Positions 1 to 11,178 of a stretch of DNA of 64,000 nt are shown piece after piece. A program made the position numbers and the translations under genes. The DNA comes from an uncultured Gammaproteobacteria bacterium (GTDB lineage: Bacteria > Pseudomonadota > Gammaproteobacteria > Eutrophobiales > Eutrophobiaceae), in the NCBI GenBank assembly GCA_938084745.1, contig CALKEZ010000003.1, forward strand, positions 52,388 to 116,387. The letters run 5' to 3'. The notes beneath the pieces were generated by a model. That model saw nothing but the letters and a program-made list of their open reading frames with translations. It made no database searches and was not told the DNA's origin. How positions within the stretch are numbered: the stretch's first letter is position 1; each line of letters starts with the position of its first letter.

Positions 1-1
1 G

Positions 2-2368
2 GTAGCAGCGAAAGAAGAAGGTGAAGCGACACAGCAGGTATCAAGCGTAGACGCGGCTGCTGGTGACGATTTGGTGCTGGCGAAAGAATCGATACAGGCA
101 TTGACTAGTGAAAACATAGAGTTAAAAGATCGTCTGCAAGAGTCGGAAGCACTATTAGAAGATCTAAAACGCTTATTATTACTAAAAGACGATGAATTAG
201 CAGCACTTCAAGGTCAAACGGCAACGCAGGCTCTGACAGAAGAGGAAGACGTTTCTGCTATAGAAGAATTCCCCGCGGATCAGGAAGAATTAGCAGTTCC
301 TGAAGTTGATGAAATTGAGCAAGACGTTATGGATGAAACGGTAGGTGAAGAGTCTACCGATGAAGAAGAGACGGCAACGGTTGATGAAGAAGATGTCGAT
401 GTAGTTGATGATGTTATCGAGGTAATCGAAACAGAGCCAGCAACGAGCACTGGTGGTGTCATGGGTATGGTTGATCAGTACCTTGGACCAGTGAGAGAAA
501 TATTGTTGGGTAACCCGGTTGTTGGAATGGCAATAGGTGGCTTTTTAATCCTTCTTATAATTGTCATAGTTGTAATGAAGTTCAAAAAGAAGCCTGCAGA
601 AACAGTTTCATTTGATGCGATGACAGAAGAAGCTTTTCCTGATTTTGATTCAGGTAGCCTGGGTGACACCGGTTCTGAAGATCTGCCTGATTCTGAAGCA
701 GTTACTGTATTGCCTGATTCAGATTCTGAAGCTGAGACTGCAGTGCACGAAGCGGCTGCTGATGTTGATCTCGAAGAAGAAAAACCAGAGCTCATAAGCG
801 AAGACGATACACCCGCAGAAGTTGCAGAAGAAGAGTCAGATGAAGATCCGCTGCAAGAGGTTAATACTTATCTTGCTTTTGAACAGTTTGATCAAGCTGA
901 AGAATTTGTTCGTAATGTTATAAGTAGTGATCCTGAAAATCCTGAATACCATACCAAATTGCTTGAGGTTTTTTACACGTCCGGTAACAAGAAAAGTTAT
1001 GAAGAAGCCGCCAAGGTTTTGCATGACATTGTCGGTGGAGAAGGTGAACACTGGAATATGGCAACCGCTATGTGGCAAGAAATGTCGCCTACACGTGCTT
1101 TATTTGCCGAAGGTGGTGGCGATGATGACGAGGACTCAGCAGATACCACGGGTGGTGGGTTTGTTGATGTGACTGCCGACGATGAGACTGGAGATAGTGG
1201 TGGGCTTGATTTTGATATAGGTGGTGCAGAAGAAGAAACGGCTGCTTCTGGGCAGGGCACAGAAGAAGCTGAAGAAATCCTTGATATAACTTCTTCTAAT
1301 GAAGGCGAAGATATGCTGGATTTGACCGCCTCAGACGAGGGCGAAGACATGCTGGACGTGACCGCTGCGGTTGGTCTTGGTGATTTAGATGATAGTGATT
1401 CGGATGATGTGCTTGATATTTCGGGTAGTAGTGCAGGTACTGACGATTTGCTGGACCTGACCTCAGGAGAAGAATCGACTGGTGAAGATTTACTGGACGT
1501 AACGGCAGCTTCGAATCTTGACCTTGACTCAGAAGAAGATTTGTTGGACGTGACAGCGGCAACGAGCGCTGATAGCGATGGTTTACTTGATTTTGAACTA
1601 GAGAATGATGCAAGCGATGATAATCCAACTCTAGAGTTTGATGTGGCTGATTTACCAAGTTCAGATGAGTCGAAGGTAGAGGATGATAATTCACTGGATT
1701 TTGATCTTGGTACCAACGATAACAGTCCGGATCTTGAAATTGAGGCAAATGAATCAGAGGAAGATGCAGGTCTAGACATGGACCTGGATGCAGGGTTGGA
1801 AATGGATCTGGGTGAGTCTGAAAAATCTGAGATCGATGACTCGGAATTGAGTCTGGATCTGTCCGAAGACGATTCCCCTATCAGACTAGATGTCGAAGAA
1901 GATACAGAAACTGCTGATGATGAGATATCACTCGATTTTGATATGGGTGAAGATGATGCGCTTGAGTTAGATGTTCCCGATGAAACAGCAAATGACGAGC
2001 TTGAAATCGATGTTGCAGATGAAGCTTCAACAGATTCTGATATGGATTTAGATTTTGAATTCAGCATTGATGAACCATCTGAAGACGACGATATAAGTCT
2101 GGATCTTGATGGTACGGTTGAAATGCCAAAGAGTATGGAATTAACCGATGACGACGATGATGATGACGAACATACTGTATTTGTTCCAAGAGCGGCTCAG
2201 CCAGATGAGCAAAGCTCGGAAGATGAAATCGCGACTAAACTTGATCTTGCCAAAGCCTATGTAGAATTGGGCGATAAAGATAGTGCAAAGGCTATTTTGG
2301 ATGAAGTTATAGCTGATGGAAATGATGAACAACGCAAACAAGCTGAAGATCTGTTAGAACAGGTATAA
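2..2368 (+). CDS. fimV: FimV-like pilus/motility scaffold protein, C-terminal part (5'-truncated by the window edge)
   Basis: Frame 2 is open from base 2 to the stop at 2366-2368. It has one TM segment (GFLILLIIVIVVMKF), very acidic D/E-rich repeats and a TPR-like core (YLAFEQFDQAEEFVRNVISSDPENPEYH). The FimV C-terminal motif KLDLAKAYVELGDKDSAKAILDEV is present. fimV-truA synteny is conserved. Confidence 0.85.
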   Translation, partial: VAAKEEGEATQQVSSVDAAAGDDLVLAKESIQALTSENIELKDRLQESEALLEDLKRLLLLKDDELAALQGQTATQALTEEEDVSAIEEFPADQEELAVPEVDEIEQDVMDETVGEESTDEEETATVDEEDVDVVDDVIEVIETEPATSTGGVMGMVDQYLGPVREILLGNPVVGMAIGGFLILLIIVIVVMKFKKKPAETVSFDAMTEEAFPDFDSGSLGDTGSEDLPDSEAVTVLPDSDSEAETAVHEAAADVDLEEEKPELISEDDTPAEVAEEESDEDPLQEVNTYLAFEQFDQAEEFVRNVISSDPENPEYHTKLLEVFYTSGNKKSYEEAAKVLHDIVGGEGEHWNMATAMWQEMSPTRALFAEGGGDDDEDSADTTGGGFVDVTADDETGDSGGLDFDIGGAEEETAASGQGTEEAEEILDITSSNEGEDMLDLTASDEGEDMLDVTAAVGLGDLDDSDSDDVLDISGSSAGTDDLLDLTSGEESTGEDLLDVTAASNLDLDSEEDLLDVTAATSADSDGLLDFELENDASDDNPTLEFDVADLPSSDESKVEDDNSLDFDLGTNDNSPDLEIEANESEEDAGLDMDLDAGLEMDLGESEKSEIDDSELSLDLSEDDSPIRLDVEEDTETADDEISLDFDMGEDDALELDVPDETANDELEIDVADEASTDSDMDLDFEFSIDEPSEDDDISLDLDGTVEMPKSMELTDDDDDDDEHTVFVPRAAQPDEQSSEDEIATKLDLAKAYVELGDKDSAKAILDEVIADGNDEQRKQAEDLLEQV

Positions 2369-2451
2369 TAAATTATAAAAACATACAGCAATGTTGTTCA
2401 ACTAAACTGACATAGCTCTATTTATTCAATAATTATTCCGACCAGTCCAAA

Positions 2452-3243
2452 ATGAAGATTGCACTGGGAATTGAATATACTGGTTGCAATTACTATGGAT
2501 GGCAAAAGCAATCTATCACACCAACAATCCAGCAAACGTTGGAGTCTGCTTTATCAGTAGTTGCAGATGAATCAATACAAGTTATTTGTGCAGGAAGGAC
2601 TGATACCGGTGTTCATGCAATCCAACAAGTTGTCCATTTCGAAACATCTTCTATAAGAGATACCCATGCCTGGGTATTAGGCACCAATTCAAATCTCTCC
2701 AAAGATATCGCTGTTATCTGGGCTATGAATATCGATGATGAGTTTCATGCCAGATACAGTGCTGAAAGCAGAACGTACCAGTACCTCATATTAAATCGAC
2801 AGGCACGCCCGGCCATTTTGAATGGTCTGATTACGTGGGAATGCCGTCCACTTGATTTTGAAAAAATGAATCTGGCTTCTAAATGCTTTATCGGAGAGCA
2901 CGATTTTACATCGTATAGGGCAGTTGCTTGTCAGGCGAATTCTCCTGTCCGAACGATACATAATCTGGAAATCAGCAGGCTGGATGAATGGTTGATTATT
3001 ACAGTTTGTGCCAACGCTTTTTTACACCATATGGTCAGGAATATTGTTGGTGTATTAATGGCTATCGGCCTGGATAAAAAAGAAGTAAATTGGGCAGCAG
3101 AAGTCTTGCACGCGAAAGACAGAACAGTCGGTGGAATTACTGCGCCGGCCGATGGCTTATATCTGGTGAATGTTCAGTATCCAGCCCGTTTTGCAATTCC
3201 AGCTGCAAAAACGGTATTGGAAAAGTTTGCTATTGGCGATTAA
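2452..3243 (+). CDS. truA: tRNA pseudouridine(38-40) synthase TruA
   Basis: 263 aa. TruA motifs are present (GRTDTGVHA catalytic Asp loop, FLHHMVRNIVG). Position after fimV is typical. Confidence 0.95.
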   Translation: MKIALGIEYTGCNYYGWQKQSITPTIQQTLESALSVVADESIQVICAGRTDTGVHAIQQVVHFETSSIRDTHAWVLGTNSNLSKDIAVIWAMNIDDEFHARYSAESRTYQYLILNRQARPAILNGLITWECRPLDFEKMNLASKCFIGEHDFTSYRAVACQANSPVRTIHNLEISRLDEWLIITVCANAFLHHMVRNIVGVLMAIGLDKKEVNWAAEVLHAKDRTVGGITAPADGLYLVNVQYPARFAIPAAKTVLEKFAIGD

Positions 3244-3267
3244 AATTTAATCTTAAATGAAAGCATA

Positions 3268-3897
3268 ATGAATCAGTTCAATCGTACTCGGGTAAAAATT
3301 TGCGGTATCACCAGACTGGAGGATGCTAACACTGCCATCTCTGCCGGTGCTGATGCGATAGGTCTGGTATTTTATGAAAAGAGTCCACGGCATGTGTCTA
3401 TTAGCATTGCCAAAGACATTATTAATAATATCGCGCCGTTTATAAACTGTGTCGGATTATTTGTAGATGCCGAGCAAGCCTATATTCGTGAAGTTTTGGA
3501 GCAAGTGACGATTGACACCTTGCAATTTCATGGACAAGAGACGGAACAGGCTTGCGCTTTATACAATAGACCTTATATTAAAGCAGTCAGAATGCATGAA
3601 AACGTATGTTTAGCAGACGAAATGAAGAAATATCCATCAGCCCGAGCATTATTACTGGATACATACGTAGAAGGCGTTCCCGGTGGAACAGGTAAGCCAT
3701 TTGACTGGGATGTCATTCCAAAAGATTTATCAAAACCATTGATTCTTGCAGGTGGGTTAGATGCAGAAAATGTAAAAAAGGCAATTGATCAGGTCCGTCC
3801 CTATGCAGTTGATGTTAGCGGTGGTGTTGAGCGTCAAAAAGGGATAAAAGATCCCGACAAAATTATAAAATTTATTAGTGAGACTATGCATGCTTGA
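3268..3897 (+). CDS. trpF: Phosphoribosylanthranilate isomerase
   Basis: 209 aa. It starts RVKICGIT and carries GADAIGLVF and AGGL motifs typical of TrpF. It is followed by trpB. Confidence 0.92.
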   Translation: MNQFNRTRVKICGITRLEDANTAISAGADAIGLVFYEKSPRHVSISIAKDIINNIAPFINCVGLFVDAEQAYIREVLEQVTIDTLQFHGQETEQACALYNRPYIKAVRMHENVCLADEMKKYPSARALLLDTYVEGVPGGTGKPFDWDVIPKDLSKPLILAGGLDAENVKKAIDQVRPYAVDVSGGVERQKGIKDPDKIIKFISETMHA

Positions 3898-5128
3898 AAC
3901 AAATAAAAAAATTGATAATTCAGAAATTGAATCATTTAAGTCTATGCCTGATAAAAGAGGGCATTTTGGTATCTATGGTGGTCGTTTCGTCTCTGAGACG
4001 TTAATGGGCCCACTCGAAGAGCTTGAGCAGGCCTACAATAAATATTCAAAAGATCCTGACTTTATTGCCGAATTTGAACACGATTTAAAACATTATGTTG
4101 GTAGACCTTCACCGCTGTACCATGCGAAGCGATGGAGTGAGCAACTAGGTGGCGCGCAAATTTATTTAAAGCGGGAAGACTTGAACCACACCGGTGCGCA
4201 TAAAATCAATAATACCGTTGGTCAGGCTTTATTAGCCAAGCTTATGGGTAAGCGACGTATTATTGCAGAAACCGGTGCCGGACAGCATGGCGTTGCCTCT
4301 GCAACGGTAGCCGCGCGATATGGGATGGAATGTATTGTTTATATGGGCGCGGAAGACATACAGCGACAAGCCATGAACGTATTTCGCATGAAACTGTTAG
4401 GCGCCACCGTGGTTGCGGTTGAAGCAGGTTCAAGAACATTGAAGGATGCGTTGAATGAAGCAATGCGAGACTGGGTTACGAATGTCGATGACACGTTTTA
4501 TATCATCGGGACAGTTGCCGGGCCACACCCCTATCCAACCATGGTCAGGGATTTCAATGCGGTAGTCGGACGCGAAGCACGACAACAATGTCTGGACCAG
4601 ACTGGCAGACTCCCAGATTCACTGGTTGCTTGTGTCGGGGGCGGGTCTAATGCAATAGGATTGTTTCATCCTTTTCTGGATGATAAAGAGGTGTCGATTT
4701 TTGGTGTTGAAGGCGCAGGGGATGGCATCGAAACAGGCCGTCACGCCGCACCTTTAAATGCAGGAAAACCGGGTGTACTCCACGGTAATCGCACCTATCT
4801 TATGGAAGATAATTATGGGCAGATAATCGAAACGCACTGCATTTCCGCGGGTCTGGATTATCCGGGTGTTGGACCAGAACATGCCTGGTTAAAAGATACT
4901 GGCCGTGCAAATTATGTGTCAGTTACTGATATTGAAGCGCTGGATGCTTTTCATAAATTGACACGTATAGAAGGCATCATTCCCGCATTGGAATCGAGTC
5001 ATGCAGTGGCCTATACAGCAAAAATTGCCCCTGAAATGGATAAAGATGCGATAATTATTGTGAATTTATCAGGTCGTGGTGATAAAGACATCCATACCGT
5101 TGCAGCCCATGAAGGGATAACCCTCTAA
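3890..5128 (+). CDS. trpB: Tryptophan synthase beta chain
   Basis: The ORF opens at GTG 3878. ATG 3890 is the more likely start and overlaps the trpF stop by 8 nt. Motifs [15 protein letters not shown] and [11 protein letters not shown] (PLP lysine) are present. Confidence 0.95.
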   Translation: MLETNKKIDNSEIESFKSMPDKRGHFGIYGGRFVSETLMGPLEELEQAYNKYSKDPDFIAEFEHDLKHYVGRPSPLYHAKRWSEQLGGAQIYLKREDLNHTGAHKINNTVGQALLAKLMGKRRIIAETGAGQHGVASATVAARYGMECIVYMGAEDIQRQAMNVFRMKLLGATVVAVEAGSRTLKDALNEAMRDWVTNVDDTFYIIGTVAGPHPYPTMVRDFNAVVGREARQQCLDQTGRLPDSLVACVGGGSNAIGLFHPFLDDKEVSIFGVEGAGDGIETGRHAAPLNAGKPGVLHGNRTYLMEDNYGQIIETHCISAGLDYPGVGPEHAWLKDTGRANYVSVTDIEALDAFHKLTRIEGIIPALESSHAVAYTAKIAPEMDKDAIIIVNLSGRGDKDIHTVAAHEGITL

Positions 5129-5144
5129 ATCAGGATTCCGGATT

Positions 5145-5336
5145 ATGAATAATCGTGAACGTTTAATGGATATTATGATCGAACGAAAACTGGATCGTAT
5201 GGAGATCGCTGATTTATTGAAAGTAAAGCGTGATGAAGTTGATCACTGGTTGTTATCACATGAGTCTAAAAATCATAAAGAAATTCCTGATATGGCAATA
5301 GAATTACTCGAGTTGAAACTCGGTTTAAAAGCTTAG
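5145..5336 (+). CDS. Small hypothetical protein, possible helix-turn-helix (63 aa) inserted between trpB and trpA
   Basis: ATG ORF with AGGA 13 nt upstream. The segment MEIADLLKVKRDEVDHWL followed by IPDMAIELLELKL resembles small XRE/MqsA-type HTH proteins. There is no direct homology evidence. Confidence 0.4.
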   Translation: MNNRERLMDIMIERKLDRMEIADLLKVKRDEVDHWLLSHESKNHKEIPDMAIELLELKLGLKA

Positions 5337-5409
5337 CCATATCGATCATTTTGAATAGTCATATTCTATTTTCTATCTCTTTTTATAATACCTTTTGAAC
5401 TAATTAACT

Positions 5410-6219
5410 ATGAGCAGAATTGAAGCGTGTTTTAACGCACTTAAAAACAATAATAAAAAAGCCCTTATTCCGTTTATTACGGCGGGGGATCCTTCACTCA
5501 ATTTAACTGTTGAATTAATGCATGTTTTAGTGGACGCCGGAGCAGATATCATAGAATTGGGTGTACCTTTTTCAGATCCCATGGCCGATGGTCCGGTGAT
5601 TCAACGAGCCAGCGAGCGCGCTCTGCATAACGGTACTAATACTGATGACGTGTTTAATATAGTTAAGGAATTTCGTGGCAAAAATGAATCAACCCCGGTG
5701 ATATTAATGGGTTATATGAATCCTATCGAAGTGATGGGATATGAGCAGTTTGTTGAAAAGGCAGCGGGTGTAGGTGTCGATGGTCTGATTATAGTCGATT
5801 TACCGCCGGAGGAAGCAGCTGAGCTAAGTGCGGTGCTGAAACCACATGGTATCGACCAGATATTTCTTATATCGCCGACAACCCGTGGCGAGCGTTTGAA
5901 CAGGATTTGTGAAGTCGCTTCCGGCTTCCTGTATTATGTCTCTTTGAAAGGTGTCACGGGCAGTAACCAATTAGATGTCAAGGCAGTTGGTGATAAATTG
6001 GATGAAATTCGAAGCAAGACTAGCTTACCATTAGGTGTTGGCTTCGGTATTAAGGATGCAAAAATTGCCCAGGCTGTCGGAACGATAAGTGATGCAGTCG
6101 TTGTGGGGAGTGCATTGGTTGAACGTATCGCTGAACATGGTGAAAACAGTAACAAACTGAAAGCAGAAGTATCATCATTCATCAGTTCGTTGCGAACCGC
6201 ATTAGATAATATTGAGTAA
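5410..6219 (+). CDS. trpA: Tryptophan synthase alpha chain
   Basis: 269 aa. TrpA motifs are present: IPFITAGDP, ELGVPFSDPMADGPVIQ, GFGI. Confidence 0.95.
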   Translation: MSRIEACFNALKNNNKKALIPFITAGDPSLNLTVELMHVLVDAGADIIELGVPFSDPMADGPVIQRASERALHNGTNTDDVFNIVKEFRGKNESTPVILMGYMNPIEVMGYEQFVEKAAGVGVDGLIIVDLPPEEAAELSAVLKPHGIDQIFLISPTTRGERLNRICEVASGFLYYVSLKGVTGSNQLDVKAVGDKLDEIRSKTSLPLGVGFGIKDAKIAQAVGTISDAVVVGSALVERIAEHGENSNKLKAEVSSFISSLRTALDNIE

Positions 6220-6228
6220 TTATAAAAT

Positions 6229-7092
6229 ATGAGCTGGTTTAAAAAAATATTACCATCGCGAAATAAGACGAATGGTTCAGTACGCCGTACTGTTCCGGAA
6301 GGGGTATGGACTAAATGTCCAGTCTGTAACGCTGTATTGTATCGTGCAGAACTCGATAGAAATTTTGAAGTATGTCCGAAATGTAATCATCATATGCGTA
6401 TTAGCGCGCGCGATAGGCTCGAATGCTTTTTGGATAAAGAAAATAGAGAGGAAATAGGTGCTGATATCAAGCCCATTGATATACTTAAATTTCGGGATAG
6501 TAAGCGTTATAAGGACAGACTTAGTCAAGCACAAAAGAAAACCGGTGAAGACGATGCAATGGTTGTTATGTCGGGATATCTAAAAGGCTTATCTGTGGTT
6601 GCCTGTGCTTTTGAATTTAATTTTATGGGTGGATCCATGGGCTCCGTTGTTGGTGAGCGATTTGTCCGTGGTGTTGAAACAGCAATAGAATCAAACTCAT
6701 CATTTATCTGTTTTTCTACCAGTGGTGGTGCCAGGATGCAGGAAGCATTGTTCTCGTTAATGCAAATGGCAAAAACAGCAGCCGCGATAGCGCATCTCCG
6801 CAATAATAAATTACCTTATATCTCTGTGTTGACCGATCCAACCATGGGCGGAGTCTCCGCCAGCCTTGCAACGCTTGGTGATATCAATATTGCTGAACCA
6901 AATGCACTAATTGGATTCGCTGGACCCAGAGTTATAGAGCAAACTGTAAGAGAAACATTACCCGCCGGATTCCAGCGTAGTGAGTTTTTACTTGAACATG
7001 GTGATATTGATATGATCGTGGATCGAAGAGAATTACGCGATAGAATCAGCAATATATTATCAATATTGACCCATCAATCATTAACTGCATAA
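6229..7092 (+). CDS. accD: Acetyl-CoA carboxylase carboxyltransferase beta subunit
   Basis: 287 aa. It has an N-terminal Zn ribbon (CPVCNAVLY...CPKCNHH) and the carboxyltransferase motif [12 protein letters not shown]. Confidence 0.95.
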   Translation: MSWFKKILPSRNKTNGSVRRTVPEGVWTKCPVCNAVLYRAELDRNFEVCPKCNHHMRISARDRLECFLDKENREEIGADIKPIDILKFRDSKRYKDRLSQAQKKTGEDDAMVVMSGYLKGLSVVACAFEFNFMGGSMGSVVGERFVRGVETAIESNSSFICFSTSGGARMQEALFSLMQMAKTAAAIAHLRNNKLPYISVLTDPTMGGVSASLATLGDINIAEPNALIGFAGPRVIEQTVRETLPAGFQRSEFLLEHGDIDMIVDRRELRDRISNILSILTHQSLTA

Positions 7093-7115
7093 CTTGATAT
7101 TTGGCCGGTAAATTT

Positions 7116-8441
7116 ATGCCTAGAAAGATAAAATCAATATCCGGCGCAGATAAACACCCCGAAAAGTTAAGGTTCAACTGCCTGGATAAATGGCTAGCGT
7201 GGCAGGAAAGTCTCCACTTTACAGCGATAGAACTGGGATTGGAGCGTTGTCGCCGTGTCGCAAATAATATGGGTTTGCTCAAACCAGCCTATAATGTGAT
7301 AAGTATTGCCGGGACAAATGGTAAAGGTTCCAGTATTACCATGCTCGATCAAATTCTTCGTAATGCCGGTTATAAAATAGGACGCTATACATCCCCGCAT
7401 TTACTGCGTTATAACGAACGAATTTGTATCAATGGAGAAGAGGTCTCTGATTCTGAATTATGTGAATCATTTGATCGAATAGACCGCGCCCGTGGTGAAA
7501 TTTCATTAACGTACTTTGAATTTGGCACACTTACCGCATTGGATCTTTTTCGCCAACATAATGTGGATATCGCTGTTCTTGAAGTAGGCTTAGGTGGACG
7601 TCTGGATGCCGTCAATGTGCTGGATGCAGATGTTGCCTTAGTTACCAGTATCGATATCGATCATCAACAATGGCTCGGTGATAATCGTGAAAGCATCGCG
7701 CGCGAAAAAGCAGGTATTTTTAGAAACAAAGCGCCTGCTATTTGCTCGGATCCTGAACCACCACAGAGTCTGCTTGATTGTGCCGACGCATTAGGTACGC
7801 CATTGTCCATGCTCGGACGTGATTATCACTTAACCAAAGGGCATGGCTACTGGTCCTGGAAAACGGATACTGTCTCTCTCGAAAAACTACCACGACCAAT
7901 GCAGTTCTGTGATTTTCAACTAGAAAATGCTGCCGGCGTGTTGATGGTTCTGGAAAAAATAAAACATGATTACCCGGTTAATCCGGAACATATTAAGCAA
8001 GGTTTAAACAGTTTTCGCCTCACTGGTCGTATGCAGTTCATTCCTGGTCGGATACCAAAGATTCTGGATGTGGCGCATAATAGCGAGTCTGTCAGGGTAC
8101 TGGTTGAAAATTTGAGTAAGATACCGTGTCTTGGACAAACTCATTTAATCGTCGGTATGTTAAAAGACAAAGATCATCCGGAAGTGTTCAAGGTATTAAA
8201 TAATATTGCTGATAGCTGGAACATTATCACCCTGACACAAGATAGAGGTAGCGATGCCAAAACACTGATTTCTGGACTTGCCGAGCTTGGAATAAAAGAC
8301 AACGTAGTTGAGTATATAAGTGTTGATCATGCTTTGGAAACGCTTGAACAATCATCAATGACCGGAGACAGGATTGTCGTAACGGGTTCGTTCCTGACTG
8401 TAGGAGCCGCATTACGATATTTAGATCAGGAGACAGGCTAG
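7116..8441 (+). CDS. folC: Bifunctional folylpolyglutamate synthase / dihydrofolate synthase
   Basis: The ORF opens at TTG 7101 and the first ATG is at 7116. It has the Mur-ligase-type P-loop IAGTNGKGS and sits in accD-folC synteny. Confidence 0.9.
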   Translation: MPRKIKSISGADKHPEKLRFNCLDKWLAWQESLHFTAIELGLERCRRVANNMGLLKPAYNVISIAGTNGKGSSITMLDQILRNAGYKIGRYTSPHLLRYNERICINGEEVSDSELCESFDRIDRARGEISLTYFEFGTLTALDLFRQHNVDIAVLEVGLGGRLDAVNVLDADVALVTSIDIDHQQWLGDNRESIAREKAGIFRNKAPAICSDPEPPQSLLDCADALGTPLSMLGRDYHLTKGHGYWSWKTDTVSLEKLPRPMQFCDFQLENAAGVLMVLEKIKHDYPVNPEHIKQGLNSFRLTGRMQFIPGRIPKILDVAHNSESVRVLVENLSKIPCLGQTHLIVGMLKDKDHPEVFKVLNNIADSWNIITLTQDRGSDAKTLISGLAELGIKDNVVEYISVDHALETLEQSSMTGDRIVVTGSFLTVGAALRYLDQETG

Positions 8442-8446
8442 CTTCA

Positions 8447-9028
8447 ATGCATCAACATCTAAAAGAACGATTAGTTGGTGCTGCGGTTCTGGTAATTATT
8501 GCTGTTATCTTTATTCCTATGTTACTGACAGGTCCAATAGATAACGATTCTATTGCTAATTCAAATATTCCTGACCGCCCCACAGAAAAATTTAATGCCA
8601 AATTAATTCCATTAACAGAATTGACGAAACCTGCTCTACCCGATGAGCTTGATGTTCCTGCAAAAGAAGAACAGACAAGCGCTGAGATCACTCAAAATTC
8701 TGATTCCACAGGTTCTGCAGAAGTAATTTTAGAGACCAAGATACCAAATAAAACACAGCAAAAGAATACAGCAAAAGACAAACAAGTAGGTCTGACAGCG
8801 TGGGTAGTTCAGTTAGGCAGCTTTTCCAGTAAGGTCAATGCCGACAAACTTAATTTAACATTAAGGAAGTCAGGTTTTCCTGCTTTTGTGGAGCCTTTAA
8901 AACAGGAAGATGAGATCGTTTATCGTGTCAGGGTGGGGCCTGAATTATTGCGTTCAGATGCAGATGCTTTGCTAAAAAAGATCAAAGAAAATACTAATCT
9001 TGACGGTATAGTATTAAATTACCCATAA
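8447..9028 (+). CDS. dedD: SPOR-domain cell-division protein (DedD-like)
   Basis: 193 aa. It has an N-terminal TM anchor, a low-complexity linker and a C-terminal SPOR domain (WVVQLGSFSSKVNADKL...YRVRVGP). It sits in folC-dedD-cvpA-purF synteny. Confidence 0.8.
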   Translation: MHQHLKERLVGAAVLVIIAVIFIPMLLTGPIDNDSIANSNIPDRPTEKFNAKLIPLTELTKPALPDELDVPAKEEQTSAEITQNSDSTGSAEVILETKIPNKTQQKNTAKDKQVGLTAWVVQLGSFSSKVNADKLNLTLRKSGFPAFVEPLKQEDEIVYRVRVGPELLRSDADALLKKIKENTNLDGIVLNYP

Positions 9029-9064
9029 CCTGTTAACTAACTTAATCAAAAGCTGAAACAAATA

Positions 9065-9577
9065 ATGTCTACCGCTGACATAGTCATTCTTTGCCTGATC
9101 GCACTACCAACTATCGTTGGTGTTTTCTACGGGTTTTTAAATATATTATTCTCTTTATTGTCCTGGGCTGTTTCTCTAGGCCTATCGATAAAACTGGTGC
9201 CGTATTTTTCACCCTTGCTGGAAAATTATGTCGATACACCAATCATAAGAATTGTGCTGGCTTTTATCGCATTATTTATCATAAGTTTACTTATCATGAG
9301 CGGTATAAGCTTTTTCGTAGTAAAGTTATTAGGCAGAACCGGACTTACGGCTGCAGATAGAATTCTGGGATTATTTTTTGGTATGGGACTTGGTGGGCTG
9401 ATTGTGTCAGTCATTGTCTTTATGGGTGGATTCACCGCATTTCCTCAAGAACCATGGTGGCAAGAATCCAAATTAGCGGCACCATTTGAGCGTATCAGTC
9501 TATGGGGTGCGCGTTTTTTACCAGAATCAATAACTGAGTATCATTCATACGAAAGGGCAAATCAAAATGGTCAATAA
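9065..9577 (+). CDS. cvpA: Colicin V production membrane protein CvpA
   Basis: 170 aa with 4 predicted TM segments. Position immediately upstream of purF matches the cvpA-purF operon. Confidence 0.85.
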   Translation: MSTADIVILCLIALPTIVGVFYGFLNILFSLLSWAVSLGLSIKLVPYFSPLLENYVDTPIIRIVLAFIALFIISLLIMSGISFFVVKLLGRTGLTAADRILGLFFGMGLGGLIVSVIVFMGGFTAFPQEPWWQESKLAAPFERISLWGARFLPESITEYHSYERANQNGQ

Positions 9578-9598
9578 ACCGATACGAGAAAAACCATC

Positions 9599-11113
9599 AT
9601 GTGCGGAATAATCGGAATTGTTGCCAAAAGCCCGGTTAACCAGGCTATCTATGATGGTTTAACGGTACTTCAGCATCGTGGACAAGATGCTGCGGGGATG
9701 GTGACATGTGATGGAAATAAACTCTACCTCAGGAAAGACAACGGGCTTGTCAGAGATGTATTCCATACTCGGCATATGTTAAATCTAAAAGGTAATATGG
9801 GTATCGGTCACGTACGTTACCCTACCGCGGGATGTTCCTCTTCTGCAGAAGCACAACCATTTTATGTCAATACGCCGTATGGAATTACACTTGCTCATAA
9901 TGGTAACTTGACCAATGCTGAAACATTGAAAGAAGACTTAATGCGTGATGACCTTCGTCATCTCAATACCAATTCAGATTCTGAAGTACTCTTAAATATC
10001 CTCGCACATGAGTTAAGTGCAATAGGCAAGCTTAGAAAAAATCTTAAACCAGAAGATATTTTCAAGGCAGTTAACCGTTTACACAAACGTTGTAAAGGTG
10101 GCTATGCTGCTGTCGCCATGATCACTGAGGTCGGGATATTAGGTTTTCGTGATCCGAATGGTATTCGCCCGGTCGTGTTTGGCGAACGTAAAACAGAGAG
10201 TGGCTCTGAATTTATTATTGCATCCGAGAGTGTTGCGATTGATGCACTCGACTTTAAACGTATTCGTGATATAGAACCTGGTGAAGCAGTGTTCATTACA
10301 CTTGAGGGTGAAATTTATACCTTTCAATGTTCAGATAACCCTACTTACAGTCCTTGCATCTTTGAGCATGTGTATCTGGCAAGACCGGATTCAATCATTG
10401 ATGGTATTTCTGTCTATAAAGCCCGGTTGCGCATGGGTGACAAGCTGGCCAAAAAAATTCTAAAACTTTATCCAAAGCATGATATTGATGTTGTCATTCC
10501 TATTCCTGATTCCAGTCGAACAGCTGCATTACCTTTAGCCAACAAACTGGGTGTTAAATATCGAGAAGGCTTTGTAAAAAACCGTTACATACCCAGGACG
10601 TTTATTATGCCGGGCCAGAGTATTCGTAAAAAATCAGTAAGACAAAAACTGAACGCGATTGGGTTAGAATTCAAGGGTAAAAATGTTTTGCTGGTTGATG
10701 ACTCTATAGTAAGAGGCACTACTTCAAGGGAGATTGTGCAAATGGCGAGAGAGGCCGGAGCAAAGCGGGTCTATGTTGCTTCAGCTGCGCCACCGGTTCG
10801 CTATCCCAACGTCTACGGAATAGATATGCCCACGGCAGCCGAATTGATTGCCTATAATAAAACGGTTGAAGAGGTTGCTGAAACAATCGGAGCCGATTGG
10901 TTAGTTTATCAGGATATTAAAGATCTGATAGCGTCCGCTCACCGAGGTAATAAAAAAATCACAAAATTTGATACATCCTGTTTTACTGGTGAATATGTAA
11001 CGGGTGATGTCAGTACTGACTATTTGGCCCGGATTGAAACAATACGGAATGACTCAGCAAGAGACATGCAGAATAGTGATGAAGGGTTAACTGATTTAAC
11101 GGAAAACTATTAA
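9599..11113 (+). CDS. purF: Amidophosphoribosyltransferase
   Basis: 504 aa. It has the N-terminal nucleophile MCGIIGI, a glutamine amidotransferase class II domain and the PRTase motif [13 protein letters not shown]. Confidence 0.96.
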   Translation: MCGIIGIVAKSPVNQAIYDGLTVLQHRGQDAAGMVTCDGNKLYLRKDNGLVRDVFHTRHMLNLKGNMGIGHVRYPTAGCSSSAEAQPFYVNTPYGITLAHNGNLTNAETLKEDLMRDDLRHLNTNSDSEVLLNILAHELSAIGKLRKNLKPEDIFKAVNRLHKRCKGGYAAVAMITEVGILGFRDPNGIRPVVFGERKTESGSEFIIASESVAIDALDFKRIRDIEPGEAVFITLEGEIYTFQCSDNPTYSPCIFEHVYLARPDSIIDGISVYKARLRMGDKLAKKILKLYPKHDIDVVIPIPDSSRTAALPLANKLGVKYREGFVKNRYIPRTFIMPGQSIRKKSVRQKLNAIGLEFKGKNVLLVDDSIVRGTTSREIVQMAREAGAKRVYVASAAPPVRYPNVYGIDMPTAAELIAYNKTVEEVAETIGADWLVYQDIKDLIASAHRGNKKITKFDTSCFTGEYVTGDVSTDYLARIETIRNDSARDMQNSDEGLTDLTENY

Positions 11114-11178
11114 AAAGTCCACGGCCTATGAATTTATAGGACCGTGGAATAAGTAGGGGTATATCTAAATCGTTGTAG

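Noticed and set aside
997..2067. A 356-aa Ser-rich ORF on the minus strand, the second-longest ORF in the first 2.4 kb.
   Set aside because: It is antisense to the acidic region of fimV. GAN/GAT-rich codons read as TCN/ATC on the opposite strand, which produces a stop-free serine-rich shadow frame. It has no independent start context, and the fimV frame carries recognisable domains.
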